A stretch of DNA of 61,204 nucleotides from Candidatus Pacearchaeota archaeon (lineage in GTDB: Archaea; Nanobdellota; Nanobdellia; Pacearchaeales; GW2011-AR1), in the NCBI GenBank assembly GCA_038869755.1, contig JAWCQN010000002.1, positions 3,420-64,623 of the forward strand, given 5' to 3'. The position numbers and the translations under genes were made by a program. Each line of letters opens with the position of its first letter. The first letter of the stretch is position 1. The notes beneath the pieces were generated by a model. That model was not told the DNA's origin. It saw only the letters and a list, made by a program, of their open reading frames with translations, and searched no databases. Positions 27,948 through 38,732 of this stretch are shown here, in pieces.

Positions 27948-28513
27948 AATTTTTTTAGAAGTAATTGGTTTAAAAAACTATGTTTTTTATCAGTTGTAAA
28001 GTAGGCGTCTGGAATTTTGAACAAAAAAATTAAACCTTTTTGACCACCACGATTTTTCCTTAATCCTGATCTCTAATTTCTGTCCTCATTTAGACAGGAA
28101 TTATAGGAAGAAATTTTAAATCTATTGATTGTCGAACTTTGCAAAATAAGTATCGTTTGTAAAAAAGCCTAACAAAAAACATTTTTAATTTCAGATTTAT
28201 TTAATGTTAATTCTTGAGAATATCACTCCAGTGGTAAGTTTTAGTTTATAGACCTATTGACTATGTAACCATTTATAAGTTAGTATTAATAAAACACCGA
28301 CTCCTAAAAATTAAAAGATACTTTAGATCCCACCTGCAAGGATACGTAAAATTATTTAAGGATTTGGGGACTATTTCACTTTTTAATTTGTTACACCAAA
28401 AGATTTTTTCTTGTTTTTTTATCGGCTTTTTCAAAGTAAATTAAACTCGCGAGGGTAATTTTAAATATAAAATAATAGATAAAATGGTAATTTTTATATG
28501 TCAGATAAATAAA

Positions 28514-28584
28514 TGGACCTGCCGGGAATCGAACCCAGATCTCATCCTTGCAAAGGACGTATTCTACCATTGGACTACAGGCCC
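28514..28584 (-). tRNA. tRNA-Ala(UGC) in the rRNA spacer
   Basis: Reverse complement GGGCCTGTAGTCCAATGGTAGAATACGTCCTTTGCAAGGATGAGATCTGGGTTCGATTCCCGGCAGGTCCA. G3:U70 is present and the anticodon loop is TTTGCAA. The D-stem pairs weakly. Confidence 0.8.
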
Positions 28585-28820
28585 ATAAAAACAACCAAAG
28601 GTTTTCCTTATCAAACTTTACTTTAATAGAATATAATTAATGGTTTTTAAATTTAGTTGATTTGATAAAAATTAATCATAAACCTCAACATCTATTTTTG
28701 TAATAAATGAGTAATCTATTATACTATAAATAATGACATTAAGTTACACTATATTATCAAATTATTATTTTTGATTTTTAAACTAAAAAAGAAGAAATGT
28801 TAAAAAATAATATGGGTGCC

Positions 28821-28832
28821 TGCGAAGCAGTC
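28821..28832. repeat. 16S processing-stem arm (3' side)
   Basis: TGCGAAGCAGTC is the reverse complement of 30452-30463. Confidence 0.75.
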
Positions 28833-28872
28833 TGTTACTTACAATTTTTTCCAAAAATTCTGTTTAAAATTT

Positions 28873-30311
<1,439 letters not shown>

Positions 30312-30451
30312 TAATCAAACAGATTATCTGCATGATGCAATACAAATTTATTTGTAGTTATTACCAAGGAATAAGATAATAACGACCTAATCCTCCGACG
30401 ACTTTTTGTTATTTAAGAATTTTTGGGTTGTTTTTGTTACAAAGTTATTAT

Positions 30452-30463
30452 GACTGCTTCGCA
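30452..30463. repeat. 16S processing-stem arm (5' side)
   Basis: GACTGCTTCGCA pairs with 28821-28832. Confidence 0.75.
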
Positions 30464-30549
30464 TACATCATACCTTAGCTTGCGAGGCATGTTTTAAGGC
30501 ACTCATAAATATCATTTTAACATTTTAGTTTAATATTTTAGGTTTATAA

Positions 30550-31134
30550 ATGTTTTTGTTAAAAATCGAGGAAAAATTGATAAAGTATAGCACAAAAGAA
30601 TATAAAACATGGATAATACATAATAAAGTGGATAAAACAATTAAGGAAAAAGGTATAGAAACTGAAATAAAGTTTAAAGAATGGCTTGAGAATCATAATA
30701 TCCCTTATTTATACATTCACTAACAACCAGAGACATTCTCTTCATTTTTTAAAGAAGAGATCAAGGTGAAGAGACCTGATTTTATGTTACTAATCCCTTA
30801 TTTTGGATTTGTTTTTGTGGATGTTAAATACAAACAAATGAGTGATAATCAGAGAGGATTTCCTATAGATGCAACTGATGCAAAAAAATATTCTTCTCTT
30901 CAAAGAAGATTTAATATTAATACTTGGTTTGCAATTTCTAACGAAAAAGTCGGGTATAACACTTGGTATTGGATTCCTGTGTCAAAGGTTTTAGAAGCCG
31001 GAATTAATTTAAGGAGATCAGGTAAATCTGGAGAATTATTTTTTCCTATCCCTAAGAATTTATTTATTCAAGTCGCAGGCGACGATTCACTTTTAAGACT
31101 TTTTTCAAAACTTTTCGAAAGAGATCGTAGTTAA
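30550..31134 (+). pseudogene. PD-(D/E)xK nuclease-like gene interrupted by one in-frame TAA
   Basis: An ATG at 30550 opens 57 sense codons, then a TAA at 30721-30723, then 137 more in-frame codons. The motif is KRPDFMLL...FVFVDVKYK. The tracked ORF (30766, GTG start) covers only the distal part. Confidence 0.55.
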
Positions 31135-31265
31135 ATTTTTTAAGATATAATGTTTTAAGGTTTTTTGGTTAAATTACACTTTTTGGGTTTTGAATTATAT
31201 CATTTTGTTAATTTATTCAGTAACTATAAATTAAAGAAATATAAAAGTATATATAAGGAATAAAA

Positions 31266-31520
31266 TTACTCTTTATTTCTCTTGTACATATTGTATATAT
31301 CATAAAGTCCATAAATAATCGAACTTGTGCCGACAATACCTGCAATTCCAAATGCAACCTTTTGATCAAAGCTATCCATAGGTAAACCTTTGTAAACTGT
31401 TCCGGCACCAATTAAACCTAAACTTCCGATAGTAAGATATTCTGCCCAGCTTCTTGATTTTATATTTTCATCAAAATTTTTATTCCTATAATTACTTGAG
31501 ATTTTTTGTGTATGTTTCAT
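31266..31520 (-). CDS. Small two-helix membrane protein
   Basis: 84-aa ORF with Gly-rich hydrophobic helices. Confidence 0.4.
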   Translation of the reverse strand: MKHTQKISSNYRNKNFDENIKSRSWAEYLTIGSLGLIGAGTVYKGLPMDSFDQKVAFGIAGIVGTSSIIYGLYDIYNMYKRNKE

Positions 31521-31575
31521 TTTAATTATTTTTTACATTGGTTTTATAAAGATTTTTGCCCATTATTTTTTAAAA

Positions 31576-31824
31576 CTAAACTTTGTTATAATACTCTAAA
31601 GCAGATTTATACAATGATCTGATTTTATCGAATGAATCGAAACCGAAATATTTTGCTTCATTATCTAAATTAGGACTTATTTGGCCAATAGTTTCAAGAA
31701 CAAGGGTTGTTATTCTTAAAACCGGATCAATTTCAGGATCTTCTTTAGGAATTTTACATCTAAGAAAATCAATTATACTTTTACGCACATTTTCAATGAT
31801 GATTTCGTCTGTTCTATTTTCCAT
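31576..31824 (-). CDS. Hypothetical small protein
   Basis: 82-aa ORF; no motifs recognised. Confidence 0.35.
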   Translation of the reverse strand: MENRTDEIIIENVRKSIIDFLRCKIPKEDPEIDPVLRITTLVLETIGQISPNLDNEAKYFGFDSFDKIRSLYKSALEYYNKV

Positions 31825-32005
31825 AAATTTTCAATAAAAACCAAGTATTTAAATCTTTCGTTTTTGTAATTATTAGTAAGTAGTAATAAGAGGGATTAAA
31901 ATTAAAAAACAAATTTTGTAAAAGGAAGCAAAAATTTATTATTGGGTGTTTAAAAAATATCTGGAGTTAAATAAATTATATAAATATCTTTTTGTTTAAT
32001 ACAAC

Positions 32006-32368
32006 ATGACAATCTTCGTTATTCAGGAACATCATGCAAGAAAATTGCATTGGGATTTTAGGCTTGAGAAAAATAAAAAATTAAAATCATGGGCAATTAC
32101 AAAAATTCCTCCAAAAAAATCAGGAATTAAAAGGTTAGCAATTCAAACTCCAGATCATGCATGGAATTATAGAAATTTTGAAGGAGAAATTAAAGAAGGT
32201 TATGGGAAAGGTATGGTAAAAATCTGGGATAAAGGAACATACAAAGAAGAATCATGGAAAGCAAATAAGATTGTTTTTCATTTACAAGGAAACAAATTAA
32301 AAGGAAAATATGTTCTGGTTAATACAAATTATGGTAAAAATTCTTGGTTGTTTTTCAGGATTGAATAA
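32006..32368 (+). CDS. Stand-alone LigD-type 3'-phosphoesterase (PE) domain protein
   Basis: FVIQEHHARKLHWDFRLE, SWAITKIPP, DHAWNYRNFEGEI and GYGKGMVKIWDKGTY match the LigD PE domain signature. Confidence 0.8.
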   Translation: MTIFVIQEHHARKLHWDFRLEKNKKLKSWAITKIPPKKSGIKRLAIQTPDHAWNYRNFEGEIKEGYGKGMVKIWDKGTYKEESWKANKIVFHLQGNKLKGKYVLVNTNYGKNSWLFFRIE

Positions 32369-32668
32369 AAAATCACTACTAAGTCCAAATAGTAAAGGAC
32401 ATATAAAATCTGATAAATAATTAATGATTTTTTCTTCATTCGGTGTAATCCACTCTTATAATAATATCTTTCTTATACTTAAGTAACTTAAACTTCATAT
32501 AAATCTCTTCCTTTTACTTTTTTGAAGATATAAATAGGGAGCTTATTTTAACTTTAAAGATTACGTAAGAAATCCTATTGTTTTAGCTGAAGGGTGAATT
32601 ACGGCAATTATTTATTTCTAAGATAACATAAAAAAGTGAGTTTGGTATAGCTCATTGAAACTCCAATG

Positions 32669-32698
32669 TTATTTATAGTTATGCTTATAACTAAATAA
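32669..32698. repeat. Imperfect AT-rich hairpin upstream of the tnpA-like gene
   Basis: TTATTTATAGTTATGCTTATAACTAAATAA forms 6+5 bp arms with a 2-nt bulge. Confidence 0.3.
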
Positions 32699-32715
32699 TT
32701 TTATCAGAGGATAAA

Positions 32716-33132
32716 ATGTACAAGAATTATGAAACATCAGTAGGAAACAATCTAAAACACATACAATTACCAAAAAAATACAGATACAAAGTAATGAATA
32801 AAGAAAATATAAAAGTGCTTTGTAAAGTATTAATTGAAGAAGCGTGTAAGGGATACAAAATAGAAATTGTAATTCCGAAAGTCAAAGAAGAATACATACA
32901 TTTGACGGCAGATTTACCTATGATAATGTCAGATGCAAAAGCTATGCAGTTGATAAAGGGTTTTTCATCTTATCTTTTATTCAGGCTTTACTCAGCTTTA
33001 AGAGAGGTATATCATAAAGGACATTTTTGGAATGCAGGCTACTTTTGCTGTCCTGTTGGAGTCGATTTTGATAATGTATTTTTCATATATAGAAAATCAA
33101 TGGATTTGTCTAAGGGACGCTGTGGGCTTTAG
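32716..33132 (+). CDS. IS200/IS605 TnpA-like (Y1/HUH) protein with degenerate HUH motif
   Basis: KKYRYKVM, IKGFSSYLLF and HFWNAGYFCCPVG follow the TnpA layout. The HUH position reads Y-I-H (EEYIHL). No tnpB partner is present. Confidence 0.6.
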   Translation: MYKNYETSVGNNLKHIQLPKKYRYKVMNKENIKVLCKVLIEEACKGYKIEIVIPKVKEEYIHLTADLPMIMSDAKAMQLIKGFSSYLLFRLYSALREVYHKGHFWNAGYFCCPVGVDFDNVFFIYRKSMDLSKGRCGL

Positions 33133-33154
33133 CCCATCAGAGGATGCCAAATTT

Positions 33155-34063
33155 TTAAGAAGAAACAATAAGTGTTTCAACTGCCTGTTGTACTTCCTGC
33201 AGATCCTCTCCTATAAAATCATACATTGAAGGAATTTTTGTTTTTATTTTTCTTTTCTCCAGATATCCCCTGGCTAAAAGGTAAAATACTAACCCCAGGG
33301 ATTTTGCCCCTTTATTGTTACATGGAATTACTAAGTCTGCATTAGTTGTAAAGTTATTTGTATCTGCAAGCATAACAATTTTTTTATGTGTTTTAATAGC
33401 ATCACTTAGTGCATTCTTATCAATCCAAGGGTCACAAACAATCACAACTTCTGGTTCAAAAAAACTGTCCAATTCTATATTTGTCATCATTCCTGCAGGA
33501 TATTTTTTTGTGAAAACCTTTATTCCTGTAACTTCTGAAAGCAAGTTTGCTGCAGACCATCCAGCTTCTCTTTTACAGACCAGTATTATCTCTTCAGGAT
33601 AATATTTAGATAAAAAGTCTATGGCATTTTTTATTTTTTCATCAATGAGTGTTGTATTTAAAACACCAATACTATCTGCTCTTCTTCTATAGACATACTT
33701 TTTCATATCAGGAGTTATAACTTTTGTTCCTAAATGGATTCCTGTTTTAACATAATCTTCCAGAGGCACCAAAAGTTCTATTTTTTTCTCCAATTCTTCC
33801 TTTATCTTCTCTGTTTCTACTTCTTCAATACCTTCTGCCAGTTTTTTTGCTTTTTCTTTTAACTCTCTTAAAAGAACACTTCTGTCAGAGGTTCTTTTCT
33901 TTTTGATTTCTGGCTTTTGATTTTCTTCAAGAGAATTTTCTTCAGCACTTTTTTTGGTTTTACTCTTTTTCTTTTCTTTTGGAGAGCTTTCTATATTACT
34001 TACTTCTTCTGATTTTTCACTTTCTGATTCTTTCTTTCTTGGCATTTTTAAACTATTCATCAA
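33155..34063 (-). CDS. rps2: Ribosomal protein uS2 with ~95-aa K/E-rich N-terminal extension
   Basis: Core LLVPLEDYVKTGIHLGT...VIVCDPWIDKNALSDAIKTHKKIVMLADTN...IPCNNKGAKSLGLVFYLLAR. There is no internal Met between residue 7 and the core. Confidence 0.85.
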   Translation of the reverse strand: MMNSLKMPRKKESESEKSEEVSNIESSPKEKKKSKTKKSAEENSLEENQKPEIKKKRTSDRSVLLRELKEKAKKLAEGIEEVETEKIKEELEKKIELLVPLEDYVKTGIHLGTKVITPDMKKYVYRRRADSIGVLNTTLIDEKIKNAIDFLSKYYPEEIILVCKREAGWSAANLLSEVTGIKVFTKKYPAGMMTNIELDSFFEPEVVIVCDPWIDKNALSDAIKTHKKIVMLADTNNFTTNADLVIPCNNKGAKSLGLVFYLLARGYLEKRKIKTKIPSMYDFIGEDLQEVQQAVETLIVSS

Positions 34064-34182
34064 GGGAAAATTATATTTTTAAATCCTTCTATTTTAAAAT
34101 GTAATCCAATGCCGTAATATTGCCAGAATATAATTAAAATAATGATGAATACTTATTTTATTCATTTAAGGATTAGGTAAAT

Positions 34183-36084
34183 TTAAACACCCGGTTTAAT
34201 ACTACATTTCAAACCTTTCCACGCATAAATAGTGCGTTTTTGCAGAAGTCCAAATTTAGCATCATATACAGGGCACTGATTAATTTTGCAGAATGTTTCA
34301 GGAAGATCTATGTTAAACTCTTCAGGAAGACACTCGATTCCGCTAATATCATTATCTGTCCAACTTATACATCCTATGCTTTCAACATAACTGCACGATG
34401 GTTTATTGGTTGGACATGCCCATCTTTGACATCTCTGGCTTGGGCGTACAGGATTTACTGTAACGCCTTGGCGATATTCTGGAAAACATATTGGTATGTT
34501 ATCAAGTATAATATCTCTACAATTTTGGGGCCTACCAATTCTTACTACTATTTTTCCTTCTTGAAGGGCTACCATATAGGAAAAGGTATCTTCTGAATTT
34601 GAATATTCAAAATCGTTGGCAATTCTTATTATCCTATTGATATGCGGCTCTTTGAACTTACCAATAACGGAGAAATTTTCACTCAAAACTATTTTTTTAT
34701 TTGATGCTATTTTCTCTTCACCATAATAGCAAGTGAAATCATAAATTCCTCCCGGTACTATTGAGTTTGGAACATCAATTTTATTTTTTAATTCAACATA
34801 CTGGGCATCTCTTGACAGACCATAATTATTTAGCACATTTCTTACAGGTTTATTTTCATAAGAACAATACTTGTTGTACTCATTTTTATTTCCGGCAGGA
34901 ATTTCAAACTTCATCAAAGTTCCATCAAAAAAAGGAAAATTTATTAGACCATTATCTATTAAATTTTGTAGTGTTCTTGTCCTATTATTCCACTCTACAA
35001 GTATTTCACTGGCTTCATGGAATTTTTTATGGTCTCTATCTTTCCATGTTAAATCATCTAAGTTAACATCTGTTGGATCTTCAACGATAATACTCTCTGA
35101 ATCATCAGACGGAGACAATAAAACATCATTTTTCTGTTCTTTCATTTTACACTCTATTCCTTTAAATACATAAATTGTTTCCTTATCTAAAGGTCCATTT
35201 TTTACATCATACACAGGACATTTGTTAGTTTCAGTATTTATTACTCTTAACATTAGTTTGCCATCTATTAAGGCAATTTGCCATTCATAACTATCCGTAC
35301 CTTTATATTTTTGTCTTCCCCCAACGCCTATTCGTAAAACATGTTTTTCCTCTCCTGATGCAATTGTTTGAAACTGGTTTGATAATACAATATCTTTATT
35401 TGTTTTATCATCTTTTCCATAGGAACAGGTAAATCTGTATGTTTCTCCAAGTATTGGTTCTGATCTTGTTGAAATTTCTTTGTTATAAGATACAAATTTA
35501 TTATTTCCAGAACATATTTTTGTATAATCTTCTGCATTTGCATTTGGAGTTTTAAAGTTTGATATTACTCTTCTATTGTCATCATCTCTACTTCTTATTT
35601 CTCTTGTTCCACCACTAACAATAGCACTACCAATAACATTAGAAACATTAGAACTTAAAGAACCAGATAAAAGATTATAGGTTATAACATCTTGAAGAGA
35701 ATAATATTGTCTTCCAAGCTTTACTTTAATATCTTTTGCAAGATGGCTTTGGGTGTGCATTGACTCATTCCACGCATTTTCTGGTTTTAAGTTACCATCA
35801 ATTATGTCTTGTAGCGAAAATCTTCCAAATCCGAGTCTTGTGTTTATATCTGAAGCAGAATGGGATTCAAGAAGATTAGTTCTGACACCATCTCTTCTAC
35901 CAAGACTCTCAGAGCTTGTTCCATTTGAAGTACCTTGGTCGCTAGAATTAGAACCTGATGTTCCTTGGCTTACTTGTGCATTAGCGGGGTTGGAGGAAGT
36001 TAGGATAAGGAAGACAAATACAAATAAAACAAGTATGATTAAAATAAAGGTACCACTTAACTCTTTTTTTCTATTGTTTAACAT
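34183..36084 (-). CDS. Secreted 633-aa protein with internal domain duplication, Cys-rich C-terminal part
   Basis: Signal peptide ...LILTSSNPANA|Q and an S/G/T-rich linker. The S-L-Q-[DN]-x-I motif occurs three times. Two roughly 130-230-aa repeats each end C-P-V-Y-D-x-K-x-G-x-L-x-K-x-T-I-Y-x-x-K-G-x-x-C. Confidence 0.7.
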   Translation of the reverse strand: MLNNRKKELSGTFILIILVLFVFVFLILTSSNPANAQVSQGTSGSNSSDQGTSNGTSSESLGRRDGVRTNLLESHSASDINTRLGFGRFSLQDIIDGNLKPENAWNESMHTQSHLAKDIKVKLGRQYYSLQDVITYNLLSGSLSSNVSNVIGSAIVSGGTREIRSRDDDNRRVISNFKTPNANAEDYTKICSGNNKFVSYNKEISTRSEPILGETYRFTCSYGKDDKTNKDIVLSNQFQTIASGEEKHVLRIGVGGRQKYKGTDSYEWQIALIDGKLMLRVINTETNKCPVYDVKNGPLDKETIYVFKGIECKMKEQKNDVLLSPSDDSESIIVEDPTDVNLDDLTWKDRDHKKFHEASEILVEWNNRTRTLQNLIDNGLINFPFFDGTLMKFEIPAGNKNEYNKYCSYENKPVRNVLNNYGLSRDAQYVELKNKIDVPNSIVPGGIYDFTCYYGEEKIASNKKIVLSENFSVIGKFKEPHINRIIRIANDFEYSNSEDTFSYMVALQEGKIVVRIGRPQNCRDIILDNIPICFPEYRQGVTVNPVRPSQRCQRWACPTNKPSCSYVESIGCISWTDNDISGIECLPEEFNIDLPETFCKINQCPVYDAKFGLLQKRTIYAWKGLKCSIKPGV

Positions 36085-36144
36085 TATGTTCCTTTATTGG
36101 TATTTAGTATTTTTATTCTTTTAAATATTTCTATAAGGTTTTTT

Positions 36145-37317
36145 TTACATATACTCTTCAATTTTTCTGAGCCTTTTTAATTTTTCTTCCCTTCCGGGTC
36201 CCAAAGCTCCAAATTTGACAAAATCTGCTCCAAAACCAAAGGCAATATCTGAAATTATATCTTCTGAAGTTTCTCCGCTTCTATGGGAAAAAATCATTTT
36301 AATGTTGTTTTTCCTACAAATTTCAACAATTTTCTTTACTTCTAACAAGCTTCCGATCTGATTAGGTTTAATAATTATAGCATTAACTGACTTTTTCTTT
36401 ATTGCTTCTAAAAGCCTATCGGGACTTGTAGCTATTAAATCATCTCCAACAATAAGCCCTTTAGATATGCTTAAAATTTTAGAAAATCCTGTAAAATCAT
36501 TTTGCTCTAATGGGTCTTCTATATAAAAAAATCTTTTACTTAATCTTTCCATATATTTAATTTGCCCATTCTTTGACTCACTTCTTTTTTCTTTTTGGTA
36601 TATATAATTGTTATCTTTAAAAAATTCAGAAGCTGCAACATCTATTCCTAAGTGTATTGTGCCTCCAAATTCATCTAATATGTTTTCTTTTACATCCCAT
36701 ATTATTTCAATTACTTTCTCATTACCTAAATTTGTTTGCCAAGCATTCTCATCATTTAAACTTCCTTTAAAATTTTTATCTATATTCTTTAGAATTTCTC
36801 CGGAATTTTCATGAGCTCTTTTCAAAATCTCGATACTTCTTTTAATGCCTGAAACTGGAATTATATGGAATTCTTGGAAAGTTGGACCTTTCCAGTTGCT
36901 GTGTGCTCCGCCACCGATGATATTTCCAATAAGGTAAGGCATTTTTTTAGGTTTTATTTTAATAGAATCAGATACTACTTCCCAGACTTCTTTGTTTTCT
37001 TTAAAAGCGAGAGCTTTTAAAAAACAATATTCAAGGGCAATAATGGTATTTCCTCCAACTATTTCTGAAAAAGCTTCTTCAATTAAGTGCAAATCATTAA
37101 AATCTTTAAAATTTATATCTTCAATAAAATATTTATTTACTGTTAGAATATCATTATTGATGGATTTTTTCCAAATAGGCCTCTCGAATTCTCCCTTAGA
37201 TTTGCCATTTGGAGATGAAGAAACAAATTTTCCAAAATCTGTTTCTAAACTTACTTCAATAGTTTTTTCTCTACGCGTGTCATTTATGGTTTTGGCAAAA
37301 AGTTTTTTGATTTTCAT
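36145..37317 (-). CDS. eno: Enolase (divergent N-terminus)
   Basis: Metal and catalytic contexts GIDVAASEF, YIEDPL, VGDDL, IIKPNQIGS, SHRSGETSED and KLKRLRKIEE. Start set at MKIKKLF; the tracked ORF begins 8 codons upstream. Confidence 0.8.
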   Translation of the reverse strand: MKIKKLFAKTINDTRREKTIEVSLETDFGKFVSSSPNGKSKGEFERPIWKKSINNDILTVNKYFIEDINFKDFNDLHLIEEAFSEIVGGNTIIALEYCFLKALAFKENKEVWEVVSDSIKIKPKKMPYLIGNIIGGGAHSNWKGPTFQEFHIIPVSGIKRSIEILKRAHENSGEILKNIDKNFKGSLNDENAWQTNLGNEKVIEIIWDVKENILDEFGGTIHLGIDVAASEFFKDNNYIYQKEKRSESKNGQIKYMERLSKRFFYIEDPLEQNDFTGFSKILSISKGLIVGDDLIATSPDRLLEAIKKKSVNAIIIKPNQIGSLLEVKKIVEICRKNNIKMIFSHRSGETSEDIISDIAFGFGADFVKFGALGPGREEKLKRLRKIEEYM

Positions 37318-37404
37318 ATTTTTAAAATAAAAAAGAAACAAGTTTATTAATGTTATTAATGCAGCTTTATCAAAAACATATAAAATTTTAAGAATATTAA
37401 AGAT

Positions 37405-37818
37405 TTATTGCAACTCTTCACTTGACTCTCTTCCGCCGATATTCTCTTCGACAAACTCATCTTCTGGAGTTGCAAGTTCCATTATTTCCCCTTCTTCTTC
37501 AATTTCCCTTTCTTCAAGTTCTTCTGCTTCTTCAATTTGTTTGTCTTTTATCTCATCTTTTTCACTAGTTTTTTTAATTTTAACACTTTTTTTCTTTGGA
37601 AAAGGCTGTTTAACTGTAATAGGCAGAACATCAGAATCAAATTCTTCTTTTGCTATTTTCATAGGGTCATAATTTATTTCTTCCAATTTTTCCTTAGGTA
37701 TTCTTTTAAGAAGTGGAGCATCCATAGCTATTTGTAAAGATCTGGCTCCAAGAATTCTTGCTACTTCATATTTGGTGAATTCGTTAATCTTAAGGTTTGA
37801 TTTTTCCATTTTAGACAT
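37405..37818 (-). CDS. rpoK: RNA polymerase subunit K (Rpo6) with acidic C-terminal tail
   Basis: Core TKYEVARILGARSLQIAMDAPLL, followed by about 60 aa of K- then E-rich sequence. Confidence 0.8.
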   Translation of the reverse strand: MSKMEKSNLKINEFTKYEVARILGARSLQIAMDAPLLKRIPKEKLEEINYDPMKIAKEEFDSDVLPITVKQPFPKKKSVKIKKTSEKDEIKDKQIEEAEELEEREIEEEGEIMELATPEDEFVEENIGGRESSEELQ

Positions 37819-37841
37819 TAAAATACAGATTTGGGTTGTTT

Positions 37842-38684
37842 TTAAACCTTTTCTTTATCTCTCTTTTTTATCGCATCATCAATTATTTTCATCACTTTAG
37901 GAAAGAAATTTTTATGGTGTTTTTCGACAAATTCCATCATTTCTTCAAATTTTTCAATAGATATTTCCATCTTCTCCCCTTTTTGCATACTACATATTTT
38001 TAGTGGTTTGTCATTGACAACTGCCAACACAAGTTTTCCTTCTGAGGCTGCTTCTTCTTCAGGAACCGGATCTAACAATAATCTCTCTCCAATTTTATAA
38101 ATACTGTAATTTAAAGGTGTTCTTTCAGTAAGAGGTAATTTTTCTTTTGCAGGTTTTTCATAATCTACTTTCTCTTCTTTTTCATTATAATGAGGGATCA
38201 TCGCACTTTTTAGCGAAGCCAGTGTTCCTATAAATGCAGCATCTAAAAGATTTCCATCATCATTTATTGAATATATGTCTATATAAATATTCCATACTTT
38301 CTCTCCTTCTTTTATACATAGTTTAGAAAAATCAATATATTTAGATTCCCTGATGCCTCTATCTACAAGACGGCCAAGTTCAATAGCATCAAATTTCGGA
38401 GGTCCATACTCATATTTGTAGTGGCTCAAGGGAAGAAGTTCTGCAGTTACTATTAAATTTCCTTTATCTGGAGAATCAGGATAAGGTTCACCTACATCCA
38501 TTTTGACTCCAACCCAGACTTCTGTTTTTCCTATATTGACTTTTGCACTTCCTTCTGCTTTATTTGACAATTTGACTTCAACTTTTATTTCCCTAAATTC
38601 ATCTTCGGACCTATTGTCAAATCTTTTTCCACGCATTAGGTATGAAGCAATTCTTTCTTTTGTAAGCCTTGATGTTTCAATCAT
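37842..38684 (-). CDS. rrp42: Exosome subunit Rrp42
   Basis: RNase PH-like fold with N-terminus RIASYLMRGKRFDNRSEDEFREIKV. Positioned after rrp41. Confidence 0.85.
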   Translation of the reverse strand: MIETSRLTKERIASYLMRGKRFDNRSEDEFREIKVEVKLSNKAEGSAKVNIGKTEVWVGVKMDVGEPYPDSPDKGNLIVTAELLPLSHYKYEYGPPKFDAIELGRLVDRGIRESKYIDFSKLCIKEGEKVWNIYIDIYSINDDGNLLDAAFIGTLASLKSAMIPHYNEKEEKVDYEKPAKEKLPLTERTPLNYSIYKIGERLLLDPVPEEEAASEGKLVLAVVNDKPLKICSMQKGEKMEISIEKFEEMMEFVEKHHKNFFPKVMKIIDDAIKKRDKEKV

Positions 38685-38732
38685 TTTAACAAACCTCCAG
38701 CGGGTTTCTTAGAGTTCCAGCAACCAATCATT

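Noticed and set aside
27156-28513. Replication origin in the long AT-rich gaps around the rRNA genes
   Set aside because: There is no orc1/cdc6 gene nearby, and I could find no repeated ORB-like elements. Only isolated short hairpins are present (for example 27190-27206 and 28076-28103).
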